Assembly (NCBI GenBank): GCA_028277945.1
Contig: JANQFH010000024.1
Location: 102,917 to 166,916 of the forward strand
From: Oligoflexia bacterium
GTDB taxonomy: Bacteria; Bdellovibrionota_G; JANQFH01
Direction of reading: 5' to 3'
DNA length: 64,000 nt
Every line of letters starts with the position of its first letter. Position 1 is the stretch's first letter. Positions 54,497-62,966 of this stretch are shown piece by piece. The position numbers and the translations under genes were made by a program. Below the pieces are notes generated by a model, which ran no database searches, had not been told where the DNA came from, and worked only from the letters and a program-made list of their open reading frames with translations.

Positions 54497-54745
54497 GACG
54501 ACCTCCAGCGGCAAGTAAGCCCTGATTAAAAATTCCTTGAGATTTCCCTAACCTAGATATCGCATCGTGTCAACAAGACATTTCTTTGTAACATCTCTCT
54601 TACCACGGGCTTGCCACGGGCGGCTGGGTCGCAAATAGGGAGAAGACTAAGAGAACAGCTCCTGCTGGCCCAAGGTAGATGGTCACCGGCCAGCCCTAAC
54701 TTATTTTTTCTTTTTTTCCAACAACTTAGTCTTTCCCATCCCCTC

Positions 54746-54774
54746 TTGACACCCCCTAACGCATCGCATACAAG
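54746..54774 (+). promoter_or_regulatory. Candidate promoter for the 2411-aa gene
   Basis: TTGACA (54746-54751), a 17-nt spacer, then TACAAG (54769-54774). The -10 is weak. Motif-only call. Confidence 0.25.
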
Positions 54775-54795
54775 ATTTAGTTATCAGGATATAGT

Positions 54796-57700
54796 ATGGC
54801 CGAGTTTCAGCGTAAGATTTTCACATCTTCAGTATTTTTCAGGTCTTTTGGTTTGCTGTGTTGGTTTGTATTGCTCTTTGCCAGCCCAGCTTTAGCCCAT
54901 TCTTCAGCAGCTGAGCTGTATGCCAACTACCGTTCTATATACGGCAGCTATAGTTGGTGGTTAGAGCGTTGGCTGGATTGGCATGAGCAGCGGCGTAGGT
55001 ACTTTGCCGAGATTGAGAGTCCTCAAGGAGACTTCACCGCCTTTGCCGAGACCTCAGCGTTTGCCGATTTATCAGATTTAGAGCAGCGGTTCTATTATGA
55101 GAACTCGCTTAGGCAGTTCACGGTTTTAAAGGCCGATGATCTAGTCATTGTAGCTCAAGCAGAGCCCAATGCCCTGGTACGTGCACAGTTATTAGAGGCT
55201 GCCTTAGGCAACTACCTGCTCGTGCAAGACCGTTGGCGTATTGAGGCCACAGACAGAGCGTTACTTACGACCTATGCTGAAGCTGGGGATGTTTTTTGGC
55301 AGCATTACTATGAAGCGCGGCGGATGATGCTGGGTTTGGATGCCACTGCTACTTGGCAGCAGATGCTCGTTGCTTTTGATCGTTTGGCCACAGAGACCCT
55401 CGGCCTATCTGAGTACGAACGCATCTACCAGGGCTCTCAGCACTTTTTAGCTTACATAGAAGAGGAGGAGCCTCGTTCCATAGCCCGCAATCTTGCCAAG
55501 AACGGTTTGGCCCTGACCCTGTTGGAATCGAGCGATGTCAACAGTACCTGGAAGAACTCCGCTTATGAGACCTCAAAGTTAATCAAGCAACTCGGTTTGC
55601 TCTCTGTGTTGCTGGAGTGGGTCCATAACCAAGAAGCTAGTACGCTTGAGGAGGCGCTGCCTCTCCTGACAAAGCATGCTCCTAAGAGCGGCGTCCTACC
55701 CAAGCAAGAGGGTGAGCCTGGGGTGCACTATGTGGATGTGACCCAGAAGGTCTATTTGGGGTTGGGTCAAGAGAACGATCGTTGGATCCTACGTGGGGGT
55801 GAGATCTATTTACTCCCAAGCATCCAAGATAAGCAGATCACCATTGAGGTCACTGAGATTGGTGGGATGGTGGGCATGGTTCGTGACACTCCTACTGTCC
55901 AGGTAGATGACACCCAGAGAGGTACGGGACGTCTGTGGGCTTTAGATGAGGCTAAGCTGTATGCCAAGGTAAAGCTGCGCTCATCCATGCATTTTGCAGG
56001 GGATCAAGTAGGTACGATAACCGTTCAGCATGGCAGGATCATCGCCTCGGAGTATGAAGAGAACAAAGATCTCCATGGCAAGCTCTACCTAGCCTTGCAG
56101 CCGAGCAAACTACGGCGTCAATGGATCAGCTCACTATACCGGGATCTTCCCAAGCAATGGCAACAACAGGGACGTACAGATGTCGCCCTATTAGATGATC
56201 TTCTAGCACTCGAGCGTCTCTCTAAGCACAACTGGCGTTCTCGGCATGATCGTTATCTTGCCATGGCCAAGCGTTACCGCAGAGAGCACAGCCACAACAC
56301 CGCGACCCACATTGCAGAGGATAACCTGTTGTTGACCCTACACTCCCGTGAAGCTGAGGAGATGGCCGCACAGATCAATGGTTTTTTTGGCGATCGTCAT
56401 AGGGATCAACTAGCCGCTTTTACGATCTACGATCTGCCCATTTTAGTCCCCGCCTTAGCATTGATGGTTCCAAGTGGGGGTGCCAGCCTTGGTGGCGTAG
56501 CCGCGGCCACGGGGCGTAGTGTAATGTGGCGCACTCTGTTTGCTCAAGGAGCCAAGCGTTGGTTGATCCGAGGTCTTATTGGTAGCTCTATCCTCACTCC
56601 CTTACACGCGGGTTGGAAGCATCTAACTGGCCGTCCAGCCTTGGATCACATCTGGTTAGACTTTGCCGTCAATGCCACCTTTATTGCTTCGTTTGGCGGT
56701 ATTCGTGTGCTGCATCAGCTGGGAGACCGGTTGATGTTGAAGGCGCTGCCTTTTTTAAGAAAGCCAGGGGGTTATCTCGTACCACGGATGACCTTCCGCG
56801 GCACCATGGAAGCGGCTCCAGCCTTAAGCCATACAGGTACGGCGTTGAGTCAAACGGCTTTGGTTTTAGAGATGGGTATGGCTCTCACCGCAGCCTCTGG
56901 GGGTTGGAGTAATCTGCTTAGTCTCGGTGCCCAAGGTCCCAAAAGCCTGAGTGATTGGCGCGATCTGTATTTTCGTACGACGTTGATGGTGGGTATGCTG
57001 CATACCTCCTTAGTGGCTATGCGACCTGGTCTTTTACGCCAACCCATCATCGGTCAACAGATCGCTGGCCAACGCTTTGGCTTGCAACAGATCGGTCAGC
57101 AGCTGCAACCCTCGACTCGTCCAGGTTCTTCCCAGCCTGCAAACTATGCCAGACAGGCTGAAGCAGTTGCTCTGGAGATCATGGAGAGCTGGCGCCAAGG
57201 AGGCTCTGGACCTCGGCAGCCTAGCTCAAGTTGGGGAGAGGCTGGCAACTACAACAATTTTGTAGAAAGCCTGCCTGGATCCTCAACAACAGGACCGAGA
57301 GCGGCTACACCCGTAAACAGTAGACAAGTGGCGACAAGAACAACAACACCCACCTCAAGTAGAACCCAGAGCCCACAGAATAACCGGCAAACTACTCCTG
57401 AAAATACCCCCACAACAACCATGCCAGATATGCCAGCTGTGGTACCCATTACCGTACTACCCGCTATGCCAGAGATGTTCCCTGCTGAACCGGATGCAAC
57501 AACGACAATGCCTGATGAAGCTCAATCAAAAGCAGTCTTGCACAAGGCAAATTTTCAGGCTAGCAATGCCCCTCCATCCCTTCCTCCCGGCAATGACCTT
57601 TTAGATTGGTTTGCCTACGTAAAACTCTGTGCTGAATCTAGCGAATTTTGTGGTCGTTTTTCGTTTAAAGACTTTCAAACACAACGTAATGAACTGTTGA

Positions 57701-60700
57701 CAGCGTGGGGGCATCTTCTTGGGGACGAAACATTTGATCCTAAGCGCGAATTTCAGACCCTGTTAAGGCAACTCATAGTCGCACTTGAGACTGCAACAGG
57801 GTTGGAAAGATTCAAATCCTTCCGCGCTAATGAATTTGAATCGGTGGGAAGAGAAATTGAAGCACTAGGTGGGAAGATGGCCTACTATACGCTAAACATG
57901 GTGGGTGGAAGGCGTGTCATGCTAAGGCTCATTCCAGAGAGTCTCATGGATGCGGACAGGCAAGGGATCAACGTTGGCATTGTAGAGACTCAGTTTCTGG
58001 CTCAATATGATTTGGCACCAGAGATTTTAGGGGTCGTCCCAGCAGATGAACTTAAAGAACTACTGAAACTGCCAGGAATTAGTGACAACCCTCACGACCC
58101 GTTTGTTCTTGGTGTGGTGTTTGAAGATTTCAGTGATGCCTATTGGCCAGGACACGAGGAAATGCCTACAGGTGAAGAGCGCTCGTGGGACCCAATGGCT
58201 GTACGTCACCGTATGTTGGCTTTGGAATACTTTCTAGATCAATTGCATATAAACTATTCAAGCCAAATTGAGCTTCTCATCATGCCCGATGGACGAGTAT
58301 GGGTGTTCCCAAGTGACCTGCCACACTTTGCTGGGGTTGATGCAGACGTAAGGAATAATTTTGTTAGTCATCTCTGGAATCGAGTAGAGTGGGCTGACAT
58401 AGACCCTGACCGGTTTGGAGATTCTGTAGTATCGCTGCGACCCTTTCTTGAAGCCATGGGCCTACAGCCACCAAGTGGAAGGTCTCTTTCTGCGGAAGAC
58501 ATCGACGCTGAGCTCCGTGGTGAGGGCGGTATCAATGACCCGGATGAGACGGAACGACGCCTCATTGAGGGATGGCAAAGAATGATTGAACATGATGATT
58601 CTAATGGCGGTCCAAGAGGACCGCAGGCACTCTTGGACGATGGGACCTCTGGGGAGAGTTTTGGGCCACCCCTGCCTTTGGACTACGGCCCACCCCTCGA
58701 TCCAGAACTTACAGAGATGCCGTTGCTGCCGCATATTGTTCTTCCGAAGACCTCACCTTATATCGGTGATTCCCCTGGTTCCGCCACTTCCTTTGTGGCA
58801 TCCGAACAGGACAATCCATTGAGAGAGGATCGTGAAGAACAGTTTCGACATGCAGACCAAAAGCTACGATTGATTTTTGGTAATGCTGCCAATTGGGCAT
58901 TTCATAATAGTCCACCTAGCCTTGAGCACTATTTCCAAACGGAGCATGGATCACCAGAGCAAACTACACAAGAACGACAACTATTGGTGTTGCGCGCAAT
59001 GCTTGATGGCGTCTTTTTTGCTGGATTAAATAGATTGCTCGAACTCCAAAAGCTCTTTTTGTTTTCGGATGAAACGTTGCAACAGTTTAGAAGGTTCAAA
59101 GAACGTGTTCTTGCTAACCCTCCATCCAAGGGTAGAGACATAGCTGCTATTCTAGGTGAAATAGAAAAGGAGGCTAGTGATCTTATTGGCAGTCGGATCG
59201 ATGACGTTATGATTAGTGTTTTTCGCGATCCAGAGTTGGCTCCTCAGAGTGTACGGGATGCCCTTGCCCAGGCAGGTGTTGACTACCAGGACACTGTGCG
59301 TTGGAGTCCGGAAGTGCTTGCCCCAGATAAGTTTCAACAGCTGTTGTTTGAAGTTATGAAGGTTCTTGGGTGGGACGGCACTATTGAAGTCGGTATTACG
59401 TTTGGGCTTCCCGATCCTAGACATCCAGATCGACTATATCAGCTTCACGCTACAATACCTGAATGGGCTGGTTATATGGCACTGGTTCATGAGATAGGCC
59501 ACTGGTACCAAAGCTTTAGTCTTTTGCGGGCTGGGAGGCCAAGGCCTACTACACCTACCGTCACTATAGAAGGTGCCGATCTTTTCGAAACGCTTAGAGA
59601 ACTTGAAGTTTATCTTGAGATGCTAAGACCTACTGACCCAGAACATAGGACAACGGAGGAATTGCTTGACAGAGTTCACCATCTATCTCAACTTTTCGAT
59701 TATTATCTTCCACTGCTTCGCACCCTAGCTGCAAGGTCTGATCTAGTGACCGAGGTTGAAACTGCGTTACGTGTTGGAGAAGGTGAACACAGTGAAAATC
59801 CAGATTACGAAAGGTTTGTTGCATTCTGGCTTTCATTGGTTGATCCTGAATTTATACAGGAGGTTGTTGAAACACTTGATCGTCTTGAGGAACGTGCGGA
59901 AATTGTTCTCGAATTTTATTCGAGTTTAGACCTCTCCGTACGTCTTCAAAGTAGACCATCGTTGATTTTAGAAGAAGAAACCATGTCTGAGAGCGGAGGC
60001 GAAACTGTTGCGTCCTCGCCTCCTAGTCGCGGGTCTTCTCGAAGTACCTCTGTGGCGCCTGCCCGCCCTACTAGCATTGCCCAAAACGAACCTTGTCCTT
60101 GTGGCAGCGGTAAAAAATTCAAGAAATGTCATGGCGCGCCGGGTGGACCGAACGCACTCTTGGACGATGGGATCTCTGGGGAGAGTTTTGGGCCGCCCCT
60201 GCCTTTGGACTACGGCCCACCAGTCGATCTAGAACTTACAGAGATGCCGTTGCTGCCGCATTGGCATGCGGGGCAAGGCGCTGCAGGGTTTCCACTGGGG
60301 GACAGTGATGCAGATCCGCCATTCCTAACTCCTCGTTGGATCGAACAGACCACCCCGCCATGGGTGGTGGGTGACGAAGCTGATGTCGATGCTGCTGACG
60401 GTGACAACACAGACGAAACAGCAGCGCAACCACTCCTGACGCCGCTCGCTCCATCTCTATTGCCAAATGACGGGCTGTCCAATTTGCAGCTGCAAGCTTC
60501 TTCTGAGGAAAGAGATGCGGAAGACCAATCGACACCCGATGAACCCGAGGAAGCAACAACTCCAGCAGCAGAAGAAGCTCAACCAAGTGACGCTGGGCAC
60601 GAAGATGTCGTTGTAGATTTGTTAGGAGAGGAAGCCGCTACAATTTGGCATGCGCACTGGCCGTTAGAAGCTGACGCCACTGATTTAGCAGAGCAATTGT

Positions 60701-62031
60701 ACAGAGCCCTGGTTGCTGAAGCAGACATCCTAGGTAGAATGTTCGATGCGAAACTCAAAGCGGTTGGCTCTAATAGAGAGGAGGCGATTAGATGGGCGGA
60801 TCGAGATGCCGAGGGTGGAGAAGCAGAGGAAGACATCCCTGAAGATGTTTATCAGAGATACAAAAGAGCTGAAGCATTAGCGAGGGCAGATGCCGATTTT
60901 CAGCGGCAGATGCAAACCATTGAATTACTGAAGACCCTTTTAAAAGGAGCCGTAGATCGCTTAGCCAGTTGGGGCATCCATACATTGATCCATCGTCTTG
61001 GTCTTAGACCAGAACTATCCTTGGGAGAAGCGATGGGTGGTATGCCGACATGGGATGCTAACGAAGTATTTGCAGAAGCTGTGGGTAGTCTCCTACTTAG
61101 TCGAGGCATTGATTTTTTTGGTCCGGAATCCCCAATTACTGATGTGATGCTTGTTCAAGAGAGACTAAGGTGGGATTTAGCCTTGATAGCATTTACAGCA
61201 GGAGTTGATCCGGCAGTACTGACGACAGATTCTCATTATGAACTAGTACAGGACGACCTAAATGCTTTGCTACAGACGCTCGCAGTAGTTTGTCGTCGGA
61301 TTGAGGTGTTAGAGGTACAACGCGCCCTGGGACTTCGCACCATTAGCAAAGCAATAGCAGCTCTCGAAGCATTGCAAGGGGAAACAGGGCAGCGTGAATT
61401 TGAAGTTGAGGGTTTAACGGCTAACGAGAGGGATTTTTTTAATCTTGTTATATTGAATGCGCTTCCCGACGAGTTTGATGTTGCTAGTGCGATATCCGTA
61501 TTAGCAGACCTTCGTGCAGAGCAAAATCGAGCCGTTGATACAAAACAAGCGCTAGACAGATCTTTAAAGCCGTTATTGGATCTGCTTGAGCGATTTGATC
61601 AATTTCTGGGTGAACAGAGTGATGTAGAGCACAGCCTTGCGGATGCTTTTAGAGGTCAAGATGTGTCTGAACATCGGTTGAGAGAAAGAGTACAAATTTT
61701 CTTTGGTGGAAATAGAGAACTATCCGAAGCCGTCTACAAAGCTTTCCTTGGTGAACAGCATCTTGAGGGAGAAGCCAAAGTCGAATTTTGGCGTCGAGTT
61801 GCGGAGATTGCCGCTACAGCGTCTAATTTACTTTGGTCTATTGTGCACCGCCATCGAGCTCTGCCAACAGTAGAAACAATGGGCGATGGCATGGCACTAC
61901 GCTTTCAACCGGCTAGCCCTGAACTTGACCCAGCAGCAAGAGCAGAACAAATTGAGCGAGCCCTTGCTCGCGTGGCTGTAGAGTTCCGGTCCCGTCTTGA
62001 AGCGAGAGAGCGTGAACAAGGTGGTGAATAA
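54796..62031 (+). CDS. Giant multi-module protein (2411 aa): signal peptide, ~500-aa exported region, ~5 TM helices, S/T/P linker, three large modules separated by a duplicated 36-aa motif; HEIGH and SEC-C motifs
   Basis: The reading frame is uninterrupted for 7.2 kb, with AGGA 8 nt before the ATG. The N-terminus FVLLFASPALA|HS looks like a signal peptide. Hydrophobic helices lie around aa 540-745. HEIGH is at aa 1565-1569 and CPCGSGKKFKKCHG at aa 1767-1780. Confidence 0.8.
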   Translation: MAEFQRKIFTSSVFFRSFGLLCWFVLLFASPALAHSSAAELYANYRSIYGSYSWWLERWLDWHEQRRRYFAEIESPQGDFTAFAETSAFADLSDLEQRFYYENSLRQFTVLKADDLVIVAQAEPNALVRAQLLEAALGNYLLVQDRWRIEATDRALLTTYAEAGDVFWQHYYEARRMMLGLDATATWQQMLVAFDRLATETLGLSEYERIYQGSQHFLAYIEEEEPRSIARNLAKNGLALTLLESSDVNSTWKNSAYETSKLIKQLGLLSVLLEWVHNQEASTLEEALPLLTKHAPKSGVLPKQEGEPGVHYVDVTQKVYLGLGQENDRWILRGGEIYLLPSIQDKQITIEVTEIGGMVGMVRDTPTVQVDDTQRGTGRLWALDEAKLYAKVKLRSSMHFAGDQVGTITVQHGRIIASEYEENKDLHGKLYLALQPSKLRRQWISSLYRDLPKQWQQQGRTDVALLDDLLALERLSKHNWRSRHDRYLAMAKRYRREHSHNTATHIAEDNLLLTLHSREAEEMAAQINGFFGDRHRDQLAAFTIYDLPILVPALALMVPSGGASLGGVAAATGRSVMWRTLFAQGAKRWLIRGLIGSSILTPLHAGWKHLTGRPALDHIWLDFAVNATFIASFGGIRVLHQLGDRLMLKALPFLRKPGGYLVPRMTFRGTMEAAPALSHTGTALSQTALVLEMGMALTAASGGWSNLLSLGAQGPKSLSDWRDLYFRTTLMVGMLHTSLVAMRPGLLRQPIIGQQIAGQRFGLQQIGQQLQPSTRPGSSQPANYARQAEAVALEIMESWRQGGSGPRQPSSSWGEAGNYNNFVESLPGSSTTGPRAATPVNSRQVATRTTTPTSSRTQSPQNNRQTTPENTPTTTMPDMPAVVPITVLPAMPEMFPAEPDATTTMPDEAQSKAVLHKANFQASNAPPSLPPGNDLLDWFAYVKLCAESSEFCGRFSFKDFQTQRNELLTAWGHLLGDETFDPKREFQTLLRQLIVALETATGLERFKSFRANEFESVGREIEALGGKMAYYTLNMVGGRRVMLRLIPESLMDADRQGINVGIVETQFLAQYDLAPEILGVVPADELKELLKLPGISDNPHDPFVLGVVFEDFSDAYWPGHEEMPTGEERSWDPMAVRHRMLALEYFLDQLHINYSSQIELLIMPDGRVWVFPSDLPHFAGVDADVRNNFVSHLWNRVEWADIDPDRFGDSVVSLRPFLEAMGLQPPSGRSLSAEDIDAELRGEGGINDPDETERRLIEGWQRMIEHDDSNGGPRGPQALLDDGTSGESFGPPLPLDYGPPLDPELTEMPLLPHIVLPKTSPYIGDSPGSATSFVASEQDNPLREDREEQFRHADQKLRLIFGNAANWAFHNSPPSLEHYFQTEHGSPEQTTQERQLLVLRAMLDGVFFAGLNRLLELQKLFLFSDETLQQFRRFKERVLANPPSKGRDIAAILGEIEKEASDLIGSRIDDVMISVFRDPELAPQSVRDALAQAGVDYQDTVRWSPEVLAPDKFQQLLFEVMKVLGWDGTIEVGITFGLPDPRHPDRLYQLHATIPEWAGYMALVHEIGHWYQSFSLLRAGRPRPTTPTVTIEGADLFETLRELEVYLEMLRPTDPEHRTTEELLDRVHHLSQLFDYYLPLLRTLAARSDLVTEVETALRVGEGEHSENPDYERFVAFWLSLVDPEFIQEVVETLDRLEERAEIVLEFYSSLDLSVRLQSRPSLILEEETMSESGGETVASSPPSRGSSRSTSVAPARPTSIAQNEPCPCGSGKKFKKCHGAPGGPNALLDDGISGESFGPPLPLDYGPPVDLELTEMPLLPHWHAGQGAAGFPLGDSDADPPFLTPRWIEQTTPPWVVGDEADVDAADGDNTDETAAQPLLTPLAPSLLPNDGLSNLQLQASSEERDAEDQSTPDEPEEATTPAAEEAQPSDAGHEDVVVDLLGEEAATIWHAHWPLEADATDLAEQLYRALVAEADILGRMFDAKLKAVGSNREEAIRWADRDAEGGEAEEDIPEDVYQRYKRAEALARADADFQRQMQTIELLKTLLKGAVDRLASWGIHTLIHRLGLRPELSLGEAMGGMPTWDANEVFAEAVGSLLLSRGIDFFGPESPITDVMLVQERLRWDLALIAFTAGVDPAVLTTDSHYELVQDDLNALLQTLAVVCRRIEVLEVQRALGLRTISKAIAALEALQGETGQREFEVEGLTANERDFFNLVILNALPDEFDVASAISVLADLRAEQNRAVDTKQALDRSLKPLLDLLERFDQFLGEQSDVEHSLADAFRGQDVSEHRLRERVQIFFGGNRELSEAVYKAFLGEQHLEGEAKVEFWRRVAEIAATASNLLWSIVHRHRALPTVETMGDGMALRFQPASPELDPAARAEQIERALARVAVEFRSRLEAREREQGGE
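58627..58734 (+). repeat. Intragenic repeat R1 (36 codons: ALLDDGTSGESFGPPLPLDYGPPLDPELTEMPLLPH)
   Basis: It matches 60154..60261 at 103 of 108 nt by hand alignment, in the same reading frame. Confidence 0.9.
60154..60261 (+). repeat. Intragenic repeat R2 (ALLDDGISGESFGPPLPLDYGPPVDLELTEMPLLPH)
   Basis: See R1. It starts 6 codons after the SEC-C motif. Confidence 0.9.
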
Positions 62032-62045
62032 ACTAGGCTAAAGGC

Positions 62046-62075
62046 TTGACTTAGAGCGGCTGGTGCAGGTATATA
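62046..62075 (+). promoter_or_regulatory. Candidate promoter for rplY
   Basis: TTGACT (62046-62051), an 18-nt spacer, then TATATA (62070-62075). A GGCAAC...GTTGCC hairpin lies in the leader. Motif-only call. Confidence 0.3.
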
Positions 62076-62137
62076 GCCCCGGGTTCAAGGCAACATCGCT
62101 GATTCGTTGCCAAAATAGCGACCCCAGAATAGAGACC

Positions 62138-62851
62138 ATGGAGAAGATAACACTACAGGCGGAGCTGCGGCAGAGCCGTGGTACCAACGCCAACCGTCGA
62201 CTGCGGCTGCGGGGACTCGTGCCAGCAGTGGTCTATGGCCGCGGCAGTGATCCGGTCAGCCTACAGTTCAATCCCAAGAGCTTGCTACAGGCCCTGCAGG
62301 GGGGAGAGAGTGCCACGCGGCTGATCAGCCTCGATATTAGCGGTACTAAGAAAGACAGCTCGCGCCTGGTGTTGCTCAAAGAGGTGCAGCGCGATCCGCT
62401 AACGCAGGCTTGGAGCCATGTCGACTTTCTCGAAGTCAACATGAAAGAGGCCATTACCGTACCCGTGCCGCTGCGCTACGTCGGTAAAGCCGCCGGTCTT
62501 GTACAGGGCGGGATTGTCGATATCCAACGACGTCAACTAAACATCAGCTGCCTACCGGCAGATATCCCGACCCACATTGACGTGGATGTAACGCAGCTCA
62601 ACATTGGCGATTCCCTACATATTAGTGATATTCAAGTGGCTGCAGGCTTGACCATTGTCGATAGTGCTCATCTTACCTTGGCCACGGTGGTGGTGCCTGG
62701 TAAGGAAGAAGAGCCCGCAGCCGTCAGCGAGGAAGAGGCGGCCGCGGCGGAAGCGGCAGCCGCTGAAGGCGAACAACCTGCTGCTGCAAAGCCTGAAGCA
62801 GAAGCTGACGCTAAAGAAAAAGACAAAGAGAAAGAAAAAGAGAAAACATAG
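62138..62851 (+). CDS. rplY: 50S ribosomal protein L25 / general stress protein Ctc (long form)
   Basis: The ATG at 62138 gives MEKITLQAELRQSRGTNANRRLRLRGLVPAVVYG, the L25/Ctc signature. An acidic Ala/Glu/Lys tail follows. The tracked ORF starts earlier, at 62063. Confidence 0.88.
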   Translation: MEKITLQAELRQSRGTNANRRLRLRGLVPAVVYGRGSDPVSLQFNPKSLLQALQGGESATRLISLDISGTKKDSSRLVLLKEVQRDPLTQAWSHVDFLEVNMKEAITVPVPLRYVGKAAGLVQGGIVDIQRRQLNISCLPADIPTHIDVDVTQLNIGDSLHISDIQVAAGLTIVDSAHLTLATVVVPGKEEEPAAVSEEEAAAAEAAAAEGEQPAAAKPEAEADAKEKDKEKEKEKT

Positions 62852-62966
62852 CCATCCAACCATTCCTGTAGGCTTAACCATAGACCTTGCGAATTCCAGG
62901 CTGTAGATGTGGAAAAGACCGTAACTCATTTTTTAACTTCAATGAACCTCGGAACGAATTCAGCGA

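Noticed and set aside
57800-58340. Protein-kinase-like pattern in module A of the giant protein (beta-strand-rich RRVMLRLIP..., VFEDF hinge-like, HINYSSQIELLIMPDGRVWVFPSD resembling a catalytic or activation segment)
   Set aside because: The catalytic Asp/Asn of HxDxxxxN and the DFG Asp are not present in the aligned positions. The resemblance is too loose to claim without a profile search.
62052-62080. Possible third copy of the 25-nt island repeat near the right island junction (GCGGCTGG shared with 54621-54628)
   Set aside because: Only 8 contiguous nt match and the similarity decays immediately. That is within chance expectation.
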